A stretch of DNA of 64,000 nt, from assembly GCF_009914755.1 (NCBI RefSeq), contig NC_060948.1. One strand, given 5' to 3'. Below the pieces are notes generated by a model that saw only the letters and a list, made by a program, of their open reading frames with translations, was not told the DNA's origin and ran no database searches. The translations under genes were made by a program, and so were the position numbers. This document shows, piece by piece, positions 42,395-56,599 of this stretch. Source of the DNA: the human T2T-CHM13v2.0 reference genome, Homo sapiens. Every line of letters begins with the position of its first letter. The stretch's first letter is position 1.

Positions 42395-43636
42395 CCTCGT
42401 CTGAGTTTCCAATTGAGAAATACACTGGTCTTACAAACCTTATTTTTTATATCATATTTTTGATGAGTTTCGTTTTATGTCTCATAATTCACAAAGATAA
42501 CTTAAGTGCATTGTCTCTCTATTGGAAATGAATTTATTTCCATTAATGCATAATTAAAAGAGTAGGTTTATGTAGAAAGTCATTTTTCTATGGTGAAGAG
42601 TTCTCACATCTTAGAAATTGCTTTACATATCTCATTTGGAAAACTCATTGCATTTATTGATTACACTTGCATTTTTTTTTCCTTTGGATTTTCTTTTGTA
42701 AGAGTATTCTAAATTGTTTGAAGATACAATAAGATGTTTAATTATGTCAAATAAACTTAAAAGGTATTTTCTTGGAAAGACAACTTTTTCTTAAGCTATG
42801 TTTCTACTAATACTGTGTGACTACTTTTTGTAAGTTACTAGGAATTAATTGATGTTTAAATCTTCCCAGCATCAAAAGTTCACCTGCAATATTTAAGAAA
42901 TAAAGAACTGCTAGCAGAGCAGGCTGTTCTGGTCCATAGTTCACCCACTACCATCAACCCTGGTTTTGAGCTACCTGCAGCACAGGATTGGCTGGGTAAA
43001 AAAATCTCAAAAAGATATCAGTCTGTTTGATGGAAATATATTACATGGACAAAGAAATGACTAGTGGGTATTTAAAATCATAAAGAGGTTTTTTATCGTT
43101 AATAACAGTTTTGTTTGAAATTCTATATTTACATTTAGAAAAAATTAACTCATCGCTTTTGTTTTGCTTTGCTTTTAATCAACTAGCTTAACATTTTGTA
43201 GCCATCAGGTATATAATTAAAACCATTTATATCAGAGAATATTTTTTTTTTTTTAAATAAGATGTATTACTTAAATGTTCTCATATATGGTTTTGGTAAT
43301 TTAACACAGTGGAATTGATTTAATCATATACAAAAAAAAAATAGTAAGACTGTTGAGTAAGAAGAAACCAAATTTAATGGTACAAAAAGTTTATACTAAA
43401 AATGTATACATTAAAAAGATTTTTCTAACCCAAACATTGAAGTTGCTTAATGTTGTTTTAGTTAAATTCCAAGAGAAGTATTATTTTAAAATCATAATGT
43501 GAAAAGAGATCATCTGAGTGCATGTTATTACTTTTAAATGTCCACATCAATTAAACAAAATGGATAGCAATGTTCAAATCTTACGCAGAACTGAAACTCA
43601 TAGCGAGAGGTAATGTAAGTAAATTGAAAAACAATA

Positions 43637-43958
<322 letters not shown>

Positions 43959-44419
43959 TCAAGGGAAATCAGAGAGTTACAAATATAATTAACAACAGTA
44001 TTCTGTACAGATATTTAATTGAAAATGTGAAATTATGTTAGTTTATATGTTTCTCTCTGTGAGTATATTTTTTGGCACATTGCAGGAGTTTCTAGCTAAA
44101 CTCACTGTTGAAAAGGACAGATCTTTATTTGTCCTGTGGGATCTATGTAAAGAGGAGAGTTTCCGTTTTAAAAACACAGACTTTTGTTAATTTATTTAAC
44201 TATTGTATTGGCAGAGTAAATAAATATTTTAAATTTTTTTTTAAGCAGCCACTACTGTTATGAAACGTTAAGTCAATCTTTTCTTTCCTTGTGGCTAATA
44301 TATATTTCCAAATATATAAGACGGCATGCAAGAAAAATTATTAACTTGCCACGAATATTGTATTTCTGGTCCAGAGATGTTTTTGGAAGTATTTGCACTT
44401 CTTCATACATAAAGCTATT

Positions 44420-44478
44420 TCCTCTTTTTCTTTTTCTTCTTCTTCTTCTCCTTCCTCTTCTTCTTCTTCTTCTCATCT
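44420..44478. repeat. (CTT)n-rich tract
   Basis: Directly visible. Confidence 0.85.
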
Positions 44479-47400
44479 TTTTTTACAGAAATGAGAATAT
44501 AAAATATACAATATAGTTATTTGTTTTTACTTAGTGACACACCTGTCAATACATGAAGTTCTGTTTATTTCTGTTCTGTGCTACATAACTTGGCATTCAA
44601 TGTGCTCTAATTTATGCAGTCCACATCTAAGATGGATTGATGTGTAAGTTGTGTTCAGTTTTATAAGATAGAGAAGATTTCTAGTTCTCACAGGGATTTT
44701 AAATACACCACCTAATTGACTTTATCTCATAATAAAATGAATATAAATTAATCATCACTATGTAATGAGGAAAAAAGCAGATATTTATGTGAAGATTATA
44801 GTTTTTAGGTTTGAGAACAATAACTTGTATGCAGTGCTCAGTTTGAACTGAGAAAACTCTAATGTCCTATTTATATAAATTTCTGATGACAGTGTATTGA
44901 ATACACTTATTTTAAGTACAAAAGTTTTTCAATCAGTTAACACATAATGATTAAAGTCTGTGTTAGTACATGGAAATTTAATATTATACCATCTGATATG
45001 ACTTTTTCAAATAAAACTGTTACAGAAGCAATGCCATTAAAAATGCAGAATTAAGATATCTCTAGTTAATGGTGCATATATTGGATCATGTTTCTGGTGA
45101 TATAAAAATTTAAGGTACCATTTGAAAATTGCTGTGTTAGCCTGATAAAATGAATTTCCCAGCCTGATTAGAAGAACTATGGACAGAGTCATCATTTTTG
45201 TAGCATAAGCATAGTTTTTCTTCTCTGAGGTTGTGAGACACTCAGATAGTGGGAATATCTGCCCCCGATCAGACCCTGCCCACAAAAATGACTTGTGGGA
45301 CTCAAAGAGGCTGGTGTGACTAGTCACATAAATTGTGTGATCTAGCAACTATACATAACGTTAGTGCTTAGAAACAGTAGTTCTACAATTAGAAACACAT
45401 GTGGTGATGTAGACAATGATTGTTCAAAGATGAGTAACAAAGGTGTGAGTTAAATTTTAATTATTTATTTGTTTTTAATATTCTCATACCAGGTACTGTT
45501 TTTCTTCCTGAGATTACTGTACTTTCATGAGATTTTGTCAGGACTGCATTTTCACAATATGGCTAGAATATCTGAGATACTATGAATGGCATATTTTTCA
45601 TGCTCACTATCTAATAACTTGAAAGTTTACTTGACAGTTTTTATTATTTTTTGTTTGTTTTCAAAGCACAATTGATACAATCATATTTGTATGACATGGT
45701 AAATGCAATTCAGAATTTTAAGAATAAAAAATATTTATTTTAATAAGTATATTCTCATCTTGTATTTGAAGTATGCTATTTAATTTTTTGACCTTAATTT
45801 TATCTGTGTTATATAAGTTGTGTTTATTTTTAGGATTTTCTGTATATTTTCCTCAAATTAGCTATTCTTCTGCTTAAGAAAAAAATCGTTTTTCAGATAA
45901 TGCTACATGGACCTGTTATCAACATTATTTCACAATTACAATAAGGCTACTAAAGGTGTAAAAGCACCTGGTTGAAAATAAAAAGTATTTGGTTGATCAT
46001 AAGGCAGCAAAAAGTTAGGCTTTAGTGGCAGATCACATATTTAAGATGTAGCTATTAAGTAAGTTAATACAGAAAACCTGAATTTTGGAAATGTTTACAC
46101 TCAAACTGTTTATCATTCCTTTGCTTTTTTTTGCGTAGATATTGATAGAAACTAAAGAAAGAAATTAGAACATTTTAACTGTAGTAAACAGTTCCAAAAT
46201 TTCTACATTTCTTTTCCTCAGTGATCAGAAGTAACTTTGCCTTCAAATAACATCTTAGCTCTTAAAGTTTACGGGGATTACAAAACACACACTTGTCTCT
46301 GCCTTTCTAGGTATGACAGATCACACTATGCAGGCATTACAACTTGGGTAACATTCCTTTTTGTAGGATCTCCTTATGGGATGTCCACTCTTACTTGGTT
46401 AACAGCCACTACTGGACAAAAAGATAGAATTTGGGTCCTGATCCTCTAGCTGGTTTTTCCTCTAGGGTTTGGAATTGAAAACTGATCGAGATGGCAAATT
46501 GTACTGGCAAGAAGCGAATGAAGTAGATAGAATATAGCATTCAAATTAAGTCCCCACCATTGTGCTTAGCTGCTTGTGCTTTATGTTGTCCCAGCCCTTC
46601 ACTGTGGCATGCATGTCTGCCTAGCTACTTTTTCTGTGCCATGAACTTCGTCAGGACATGAAGCAGATAATTTTTATTTCTGTGTCATAAACCTCAGATG
46701 CATACCAAAGCATAGAGAAACATGTTGCATATGTGTAAAACAGCTGTATTTTGTTCTGTAGCTACAAGGAAATTACGACCTTTGGAACTTCTGTGTATGC
46801 TCTCGATCCTTCCACAACTGCTCTTAATGGCCATATTTATTGATTTGTAATAATTCTCAATACATCACATAAATTATACCATGTAAATCTCAAAAATCCA
46901 TGATACTCACAAGAAGCCACTGCATTCCAGGAGAAAAAAGTACTTAGTTCTTGTAAGTTATTTATGGCAGAGCACTGATTTCTTTCCAATCCTGTTGACT
47001 TGAGAAGATTGTAGTCTATTTTCTTACCTGTGAGGTATGTTATTATTTTATTATTTCTACTGATAACTTTTCTGTATACTCTTTATGATGGTCCACCTGT
47101 GAAATAAACACTAACGCTAAACATTAAACACAGTAAGTTCTTTGAAAATGCTACAAAAATTGCGAATCATTTCATTAACTCAGTTTTGGTATATATTTCA
47201 TTCAACTACTTTCACAATACTTTTAAAGATATGCCTTTTGGCTTCTAGAGTAAGGCTCATCCTCACGATGATGTATTTAAATATTCTCATAAATGTGAAG
47301 ACAAACTAGCATTAAACAAGACAGAAGATAGTAAAGAGTACAATATTGGTGTCCTAAGACATCTTCAGGTCAATCTTTTGATTTAGCTGCTTTCTGACTA

Positions 47401-47869
47401 CAATTCTACGTACCCAAAAGTTTTTGGAAACAGTTCAGGTAAATTATGGGTGAGTTATCATTTAATTTTGATGAAATCAACTCTACATAAACTAAAAATT
47501 TTAAATATATCTTAAAATCCATAATGTATTTGATGTTAAATATTTAAACAAAAGTAATATTATAGCTGTCTTTCTTGGCCATTTCTACTAGTATTATCCG
47601 AATAGAAAGAGACAAAAATTGTCACAGCAAAGACAGGCCATGTATTCTTTCATCACTTAAGATACAATTAAATTCTTATTATAATAAGATTTATACTCTC
47701 TATATAAACTAAACATTAAAATGTAGCCATTTCCTTGATCTAACAGTTCTCTAATGAAGCAAATCTCAAGTATATAATTTTATCTCTATAAGTGCTTGAA
47801 CACATCTGTAAAGATTTTCCTTAAAATTTGACCATGGTGCTGTCATCACACATAATAAAAATTATTTCA

Positions 47870-47968
47870 TAAGCTTGGGCAACATGGCAAAAACCAGTCT
47901 CCACAAAAAATACAAAAACTACTCAGGTGTGGTGGTTTGAGCCTGTAGTATCAGCTACTCGGGAAGGT
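47870..47968 (+). mobile_element. Alu central fragment
   Basis: agcttgggcaacatggcaaaaaccagtctccacaaaaaatac...gctactcggg. Confidence 0.8.
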
Positions 47969-48214
47969 AAAATGCCATTTCACTGACTTTCAGTGTATGC
48001 TTAAAGTTCCTTCATTACTCTTTTCAAATTAGATTAGTGCATCAATGACGTCTTTTAGTTTCTAGAGTAATGTTTATCCATGAGATTATGTATATCAAAG
48101 ATCAACATTACTCATCATCAAATAAACATTTTTTCTTATCAAATGAACACTTTCATCACTGTCAAGAAAGTACCCCTTTCTAGCCCTGCAAGAAAATATA
48201 TACATGATAAACTT

Positions 48215-48303
48215 ATATATGCATATATAATGTATACCTTTATATAATACATATGTGTATGTGTATATATATGCATATATGTGTGTGTATCTATATATAT
48301 TTG

Positions 48304-48347
<44 letters not shown>

Positions 48348-48625
48348 TATATATAAATGCAAGCTTGTGCCAGGCACGTTCCTTCACACTGGTAGTCTTA
48401 ACATTTTGGGAAGCCAAGGCAGCCAGATTACTTGATTTCAGGAGATCAGAACCAGCCTGAGTAACGTGGTGATATATCATCTCTATTAAGATGCAAAAAG
48501 CTAGCTAGGTGAGTGTAATTGTCTGCACCTGTAGTCCCTGCTACCTGGGACAGTGAGATGAAAACATCTCCTGAGCTGTGATTGTGTTGCTGCACTCCAA
48601 CCTGTGCAATGAAGAGAAGGGCTGC
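48215..48625 (+). mobile_element. (TA)n tract followed by a degenerate AluJ-like element
   Basis: Long pure TA run at 48307-48338 and an Alu body from about 48367. Confidence 0.8.
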
Positions 48626-50266
48626 CCCTTCCAACCCTTACACACACACAAAGCTTAATAACAGCTTGATTCTGTTTCCTTTGTCTCCTTCATTTTATCA
48701 AGGTCTAATTTGTGGCATGCATGACAATAAAACACTGTCACACAACTTTTTACTGTATACTGTAATATATAGCTCTTTCTAGTTTCTAAAACAAGCTGCA
48801 GCTTCTCATGAGAGTTTATTGTTCTTTCAGGAAGGTAATTCGTAGATATCTCAGAGGTAGAAAGAAAAAGGGATCTTCTGATTTCTGGGCTTCCTTCTGT
48901 TTCACTCACAGCAGCTCCCTTCTCTGTATTAGCATATCACTTAGATTTCTTTTAAATGTCTGCAGTGCACCTGTAATGCACTGACTCCCCATTGTATCTC
49001 TCAGTTTGAGGTTCTAGATTCCATAGCTAAACTGTAAACTTAGGGTTGTAAGTGTAATTTGCATATGTAATTCTTACTGACCTATTTCAGTTCTATAGCC
49101 TCACGTGTGACCAACACTCCCTTTTTCTTGCATCAACAAGTTATTTTCATTTATTTGATCTACTCAAAACATTTTTTTTCTGAAATCTAGTCAACATTTC
49201 TGTTCTATTTCACTCAAATTACTATAACACTATGAGTTTCTGTCTTCAAAACTTTTACTCAATAATTTATGTGTGCATGCATCTATGTGTGACTGTTTGC
49301 AAACAGTTGGCACAAGGGACCTGTTTTGTGAAAGACAATTTTCTATTATCTTCACTGGAAAACCAAACCAAACCAAACCAAACAAAAACATAAAGAATAT
49401 ATATTTATAATTTGTTTCTTTAAAAATATCTTTAGGTACAAATGTGAAAAATATTTTAACACTTTAAATATGGACATTAACAGTCACCAAAATCTTCTTG
49501 ATTCTTTGGAACAGTATATCCAATGGAAGGGGCAAATCCACATTGTTGTAAAATGGGATAAAATGCATGTTTTTTTCAGTTTTGAAAAAAACAAAGATCT
49601 CATTCAACAAAACCAGAAGACATTAGAGTTGTTTGTGCTCATCTACAAAATTAACTTCTGGTTTCTCTTTACTGTTTTAGTGGTATCAGACAGGTAGTTA
49701 AGATGATAATTTGTTTAAAGGAAAATAATATTGACAAAATACAGCGACTGACTTGAAGAAAAATGATTCTTATTAAATGAATTATTTTCGATGTAGAAGA
49801 TCTCACAGACGGTTTTCATCTGTCCTCCATGATAAATTGCAATTTAATGATTGAATATTGAAGAGTTGACAGAAGAAAACATTATTCTCTTTCTATTACA
49901 GATACCTCTTCATTTTATGCGGTTACAACAGATTTTAGCAACCACGAGTAGTTTCACAAACAGATTTCATTCTTTAGGCCTAACCAGCCCATTTTACCTC
50001 TTTGGAACTTGTTTGGAAGATGGAATGAAGAACTCTCTTGGGAGTCGTAAGCTAAATAACATGGATGTCTTTCTTGGACTTCATAACTTCTCACCTCCAA
50101 ACTGTCTGCATTGTTGTGAGCTTAGCTGTCATTTAGATTGTGGTTCATTTGTAACATCATATTGCCTGCTATTCACATCTCTGAGAAATGAAACAATTTC
50201 TTTTCACCCTTTCTCTCACTCTTAATGCAAACCTCTTAAAATAACTATATATAGGTCTTAAGGTTG

Positions 50267-50602
50267 TATTTTATGTATTTTATTTTATTTACTTATTTTT
50301 TATTTATTTTTGAGATAGAGTCTCACTCTGTCACCCAGGCTGGAGTGCAGTGGCCCGGTCTATGCTCACTGCAACTCCAGCTTCCAGGTTGACGCCATTC
50401 TCCTGCCTCAGCCTCCAGAGTAGCTGGGACTACAGGCGCCAGCCACCACGCCTGGCTAATTTTTTTTAGTATTTTTAATAGAGACAGGGTTGAACCGTGT
50501 TAGCCAGGACGGTTGGGATTTCCTGACTTCGTGATCTGCCCATCTCGGCCTCCCAACGTGTTGAGATTACAGGCGTGGGATTACAGGCCACCGCGCCCGG
50601 CC
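50267..50602 (-). mobile_element. AluY-like element with a short internal duplication (gattacagg twice)
   Basis: Reverse Alu with an approximate TSD (aggtcttaag / aggtctcaaa). Confidence 0.9.
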
Positions 50603-50629
50603 AGGTCTCAAACGTTTTTTTTATAAGAC

Positions 50630-50867
50630 AGTGAGACCGGCCTGGCCAAAAGGGTGAAACTCCGCCTCTGCTAAAAATATGAAAATTAGCCAGGCGTCGT
50701 GGCAGATGCCTGTAAAATGAGATACTGGGGAGGCTGAGACAGGTGAATTTCTTGAATGTGGGAGGCATATGTTACACTGAGCGGAGATCCTGCCATAGCA
50801 CCGCAGCCTAGGGGAAGAGAGTAAAACCCTAACATCTGAAAGAAAGAAAGAAAGAAAGGGGGGGGGG

Positions 50868-50939
<72 letters not shown>

Positions 50940-50958
50940 GAGAGAGAGAGAAAAAAAA
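50630..50958 (+). mobile_element. 5'-truncated Alu ending in a (GAAA)n-poly(G)-(GA)n tract
   Basis: gagaccggcctggccaaaagggtgaaactcc...; pure (GA)n from about 50870. Confidence 0.88.
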
Positions 50959-52109
50959 CCTGTGAGAATTAAACTCATTAGTATCTGTGTGTCTCTTAGT
51001 GTATTACCTCTTTAAGTGCTATAAATATCAGCTGCTATTATTATTGCTTATCATGTATCTTCAATTTACTCACACCAAATTCTGCTTCATAGCATAAAAA
51101 ACACATCAGAACAGTAACAGTCAGATAGTAGTGGCTATATGGAACCACAAAAGCATCAGTGTCTGTGTCAGTAATCTTTTGTAATTTACAACAAATAAGT
51201 GACCTTTTACACCTACAGATTCTGCAAACACAGATTTCTTAAAACCTAAACTGTACTCAGTGTAACAATTTAGATTTGCTTCTTATGGTAAGTAATTTGT
51301 GTTTGGCTTGTAGGAGTTTTTACAAGGTATCGAATGTGTTTAATCTATTTCTTCAATCTTCTTCTTCTTTCTTTATGAAATCATTAGATCTAATTTATAT
51401 GAATGTGCTGCCTTTTTGGTTTAGTTATTTCAAGGTAAAATATTTAAGATATCTTTACCTTAGAATATTGGTTTTTAATATATGGAAATATGGAAGAGCA
51501 TTTATGTGTTATATTAATTATTATTTTTTACTCAAGCAGTTTGAAATATGAGTCAGTGAAGCGGTGAGGTAATCACTAAGATTTGGCTTAACTAACAAAT
51601 ATTTTATTAACAGCTTCAAGATACAAATGTTTTTGACTCTATATATAATTTTTTTTGAACAGTAGAATTATTTTCTGCATGAGGGAAAAGAATTTGCTAT
51701 GATTAGCATACAAATTGCCTCTATATTCATCATTACCACAGGATTTTACACCAAAAAATGTTTGTGTTCCTGCCAGTGACTGGTACATGGCTTTGGATTT
51801 CACTCATAATGTAATTATAATTGGTTTGATTGTCTATTATACTGCTTTATATTTCCTAACAGCAAAATTATTATTTCAATTTTTAAATATGCGAAAAACA
51901 TTTTTGCAGTAATTGTGTGAGAATTCTTGGTAAACATAAAATTCTCTAATCTAAATATGCATTTTTTAATTAAAAATTATCTCTGACTTCAAAAAATTTG
52001 TATCATAGCTTATTCTAATTTATCATTCAGTATTAAGCTTTATCTATTCTAAACAAAATCTTTACTTATAATTTAAAAAGTGGATCAGTTTTTACATCAG
52101 ATTTTGTTT

Positions 52110-52358
52110 CTCATGTTGATAATTCCAATAATTTGGAAGGGCAAGGAAAAAAAGGACAGTTGAGGCCAGGAATTTGGAACAGAGCTTGTCAAAATCCTGA
52201 AACACCATCTTTACAAAAAGTTTTTAAAAATGAGAAGATGTGGTGGCTTAACACTGGTAATCTTGGCACTTAATGAGGCCAAGATAGGTGGATCACTTTA
52301 GGCCTAGGATTTGAGGCCAGCCTGAGTAACACTGCAAGATTCTGACTCTAAGAAAAAA

Positions 52359-52403
<45 letters not shown>

Positions 52404-52570
52404 GTTAAATAATTAGCTGAGCCTACTGGCCTTTTCTTCTAGATGTAGCTACTAACTGGGAGGCTGAGGAAGCAGGATGACATAAGTCCAGGAGTTAGAA
52501 GCTGCAGTTAGTGACGATGGCACCACTGTATTCATTCCAGCTGGAGCATAGAAAATTGTCTCTTAAGAAA
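52110..52570 (+). mobile_element. Old Alu monomers (AluJ/FLAM-like) with (TATC)10 in the linker (52361-52400)
   Basis: Two left-monomer-like units, a perfect TATC array, then a right monomer. Confidence 0.8.
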
Positions 52571-52810
52571 AGTAAAATGGCTTTAGTCTTAAGTTAGTAC
52601 AAATTATACAAGTATAGAGTGCATTATAATAACGACTTCACAACTCTTTCTGCCTTGTTTTTATTAAAAGATGTTAATAAAATGTTGCTGAACTAAAAAG
52701 TGTTTGATATACATTTTCAGAGACCTACGTATACTTGCATTTTATTTACTTCTTGACTTGACTGTGAAACTAAAGTTTCAGAGCTTTATTAGTCAATATG
52801 ACATTTGTAC

Positions 52811-53683
52811 TATATTAGTACATTTTCATGCACTTATAAAGACATACGCTAGACTGGGCAATTTATAAAAGGAAGAGTAGTTTATGGACTTAGAGATTTA
52901 TGTATCTGGCAAGGCAAAGAGGAGCAAGTCACATCTTATATGATGGCAGCAAGCAAAGAGAGAGCTGGTTCAGGGATACACTGATGTTTAAAGCCATCAG
53001 ATCTGATGAGACTTATTCACTATCACAAGATCAGCACAAAAAAACACCTGCCCCCACAATATGGTTACTCCCTATCTCATCCCCCTCCACCACATGTAAA
53101 AATGCAAGATAAAATTTCGATGGGGACATAGTCAAATCATATCATTCCAACCCTGGCCCCTCCAAAATCTCAAATCCTCACATTTCAGAACCAGTCATGC
53201 TTTTCCAATAGTACTGCAATGTCTTAACTCATTCAAGCATTAACTCAATAGTCCAAAGTCTGAGATTTTATCTGAGACAAGGCAAGTTTTTTCTGCCTAT
53301 GAGCCTGCAAAAATTAAAGCGAGTTAGTTACATCCTAGATATAATGGGGGTACTGGCATTGGGAAAATGCAGATATTCCAAATATGAGAAACTGACCAGA
53401 ATAAAGGGATTACAGGCCCTAAGTACATCTGAAATCTGATGAGGCACTAAAAATTTAAGGCTCCAGGATGATCTTCTTTAACTTAATGTCTCATATCCAG
53501 GTCATGCTGATGCAAGAGGTGGGTTTCCATGGTCTTGAGCAGATCCCCCCATGAGGCTTTATGGGGTACAGCCTTCCTCCCAACTGCTTTCACTATCTGG
53601 CATTGAGTGTCTACGGGCTTTTCTGGGCACACCATCAAGCTGTCAATGGACCAACCATTCTGAAGTCTGAAGGATGAAAACCC
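52811..53683 (-). mobile_element. THE1 (MaLR) LTR (52811-53144) plus truncated internal sequence
   Basis: The reverse complement of the LTR starts tgatatgatttgactatgtcccc, preceded by the PPT-like ggggccagggttggaa. The internal sequence ends abruptly at a USP9Y exon. Confidence 0.88.
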
Positions 53684-54838
53684 TCATTTCCCAGCCCCAC
53701 GATCATCATCTATGTCACTACCTGTGTTTTCAATGGTAGAAATGCTGTGGCCGATGACAGGGATCAGGTATAGCTGCTGGATCACAGCATGTATTTGATA
53801 AGTAGCACCAGCGTCTTTGAGTCCCACAAATACTTTTGTTGGGTGGGGTCCAACGGGGGCAGATAGTCCCACTCAGTAAATATTTCACAAGCTGAGATAA
53901 GAAAAAAAAAAAAAAAAAAAAAAAGCTTTCTTTGAGTTATAGAAGACGGCGTAGTATTAAATTTTCATGTGTTAAACGCAGACTTAACTGATCATTATGA
54001 GTTTACTCATTAAAAACTTTTGCACTTAAAATGATTGTATTCAATTCATTGCCATTAGAACTTTACATTAAAAAAAAATGAGAGTTTTCCCAGTTTTAAG
54101 TGAGCACTTCCTTTAAGTTATTGTTCTGACTCATAAAGCTATAACTTTCATGCAAATATCTGCTTCTTTCCTCAGCAAATAATGATAATCACTTTGCCTG
54201 CACTCAGAATTTTGTTGTGAGATGAAGTCAATGCGATGGTGTGTTTAAAATTATGGTGGAAGTGTAAATTCTTCTTTATTTAGTGTAAAACTGAATACCA
54301 CTTACACGTCAATCCATCTCAGCGGTGGACTGCATAAATTAGAGCACATTGAATTGCAAGTTATGCATCTACAAACAAAATTAAATGGATCTTCATATAC
54401 TGACAGATGTGTGACGAAGTACAAAGTTAACAATATAGTCTATTGTATATATTCATTTGTGTAAGAAAATAAATAAATAGCTATATATATGGATTACTGC
54501 AGGCACAGAGATAATCTCTGGAACAGGAATATAAAATTGGTGATCAGTTAATAATTGTTAGTATATATCATCCTGTATAGTGAAAATATATATATATATT
54601 AACTATGTAAAACAGTTAGCTAAAGCATTTAACAACAGCAGTGTTTGTTTAAAAACACTCATTTGCAAATATATATTTACCACGTCAATACAATCATTAA
54701 ATAAATTAACAAAAAAAGTGTTTTTTAAAAGCAAATCTTTCCCTCTACATGGATCTCACAATGCAAATGAAGATTTGATCTTTTAATCAGTGAGTTAGCT
54801 GGAAACTCCTACAATGTGTTAAAAAAAAACTTACATGG

Positions 54839-54873
<35 letters not shown>

Positions 54874-55732
54874 CATATTTACTTATTACAGGCCTATACT
54901 GAATATGTTTGTTAATTACGTACTTAACACTTAGTTTAATCTTGAAATACACTAAGTTTTATGTTACTGTATGTTAATTTGCTTACATTACCTCCCACTT
55001 TGAGTTTCAGTTCTGTGTAAGTTTAAACATTGCTACCTTTTTGTGGATCTTATTTGGACATTTAGAAGTAATAAAGTGCACTCAAATGTTTCCTTCTAAT
55101 ATCATGATTTTCAAAACCATTCCTCTTTTAGAATTTAATTAAAATAACATTAAGCAACTTCAGTGCATACATTTTAAATATAACATTTTATAGCATTAAG
55201 TTTGGCCCCTCGTTAATGTAACATTTCCGTATTTTTTCACATATGATAAAAACAACTCATGTGTTAAGTTACCAAAACCAGCTATAGGAAACCATTAAAG
55301 AAAGGCATCGTCTTCAAAAAAATTGTATTCTCTCATTAAAGTTCTTCTACTTACATACCTGATGACTACAAAATGTTGGGCTAGTTGACCAAAAACAAAC
55401 AAACAAAAAAAAAGTGAGTTACTTCTTTTTCTAAATGAAAAAGTAGTATTTCAAACCAAAGTAAATGAATATTGATGAATAAAATCAGATTTATAATTTA
55501 AACTACTCACTAGTTATTGCTTTGTCTGTGTCATATATTGCAGTCAAAGAGCCTACTCTCATTTTTAGATTTTTTTACACAGTCAATAGCTGGCGCAACA
55601 AGTAGCTCAAGCTAGGATTCATGGTAGTGGGTGACCTACATCTTGGAAATGCCTGTTCTGCTGGCAGTTCTTACTTCTTATACATTGCAGGTGAACTCTT
55701 GATACAGGGAAGATGAAAACATAAATTAATTT
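53684..55732 (-). pseudogene. USP9Y: Second USP9Y pseudogene fragment with two exon remnants (~55732-55511 and 53891-53684)
   Basis: ORF 53684..53872- reads [33 protein letters not shown], matching USP9 [33 protein letters not shown]. The acceptor is poly-T...ctcag|cttgtgaa. The upstream exon ends gcaataacta|gtgagt. Confidence 0.93.
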
Positions 55733-56177
55733 TAGGAAGAGAAAGTAATCATAATATTATTTGTAGAAAACCTAAATTAAGAAAAACCTGTTTTCTCAAA
55801 GAAAATACCTTTATGTTTATTTGATATAATTAAACAACTCATTGTATCTTCAAACAATTTTGAATTTTCTTACCAAAAAAGATCCTTAAAAAACAACCAT
55901 TTATGTCAAGAAATGTAATTAGTTTCCAAAGTTATATTTTTAAAGAAATTTCTAAAACCCCAGAGTTTTACACAAAAGAAAAATGACATTCTAAATAGAC
56001 TTTCTCTTTTAATTACATATAAATGGATATACATTCATTTCCAATGAAAAGAGAATGCATTAACATTATATTATTTTTCTTGACTTATGAGACATATGAA
56101 GAAACTCATAAAAGTATGATATAGAAAATAAAGTTTTGCAAGATGGATAAGTTTCTCAATTAGAAATTCATTCAACG

Positions 56178-56450
56178 GCCAGACATCCTGACTCACACCT
56201 ATAATCCCAGGACTTTCAGATGATGAGGCAGGCAGATTACTTGACGTCAGGAGTTTGGAACTAGCCTGGCCAACATGGTGAAACCCCATCAGCTGTGTTG
56301 GTGCACACGTGTAATCTCAGCTAATCAAATAGCTGAGGCAGCTTAATCCCTTGAAGCTGGGAAGCAGGGGTTGCAGCATGTCAAGATTGCACCACTGCAC
56401 TCCAGCTGAAGACACTGTGTAAGATTCCATCCTCAAAATGAAAGAAAAGA
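56178..56450 (+). mobile_element. Old Alu lacking its central linker
   Basis: gaaaccccatc is joined directly to agctgtgttggtgcacac. Confidence 0.88.
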
Positions 56451-56599
56451 AATTCAATCAACTGAGAATTGAAATATACTACTTATTTACTTTTTGGTGC
56501 AGTTTGTCAAAACTCTGATTTATAGTTATTTTATAAAATCTCTTAAATAAGGTGTGGCACACATTCCAAAGTTACTATAACTGCTACAAAAATGAAAGC

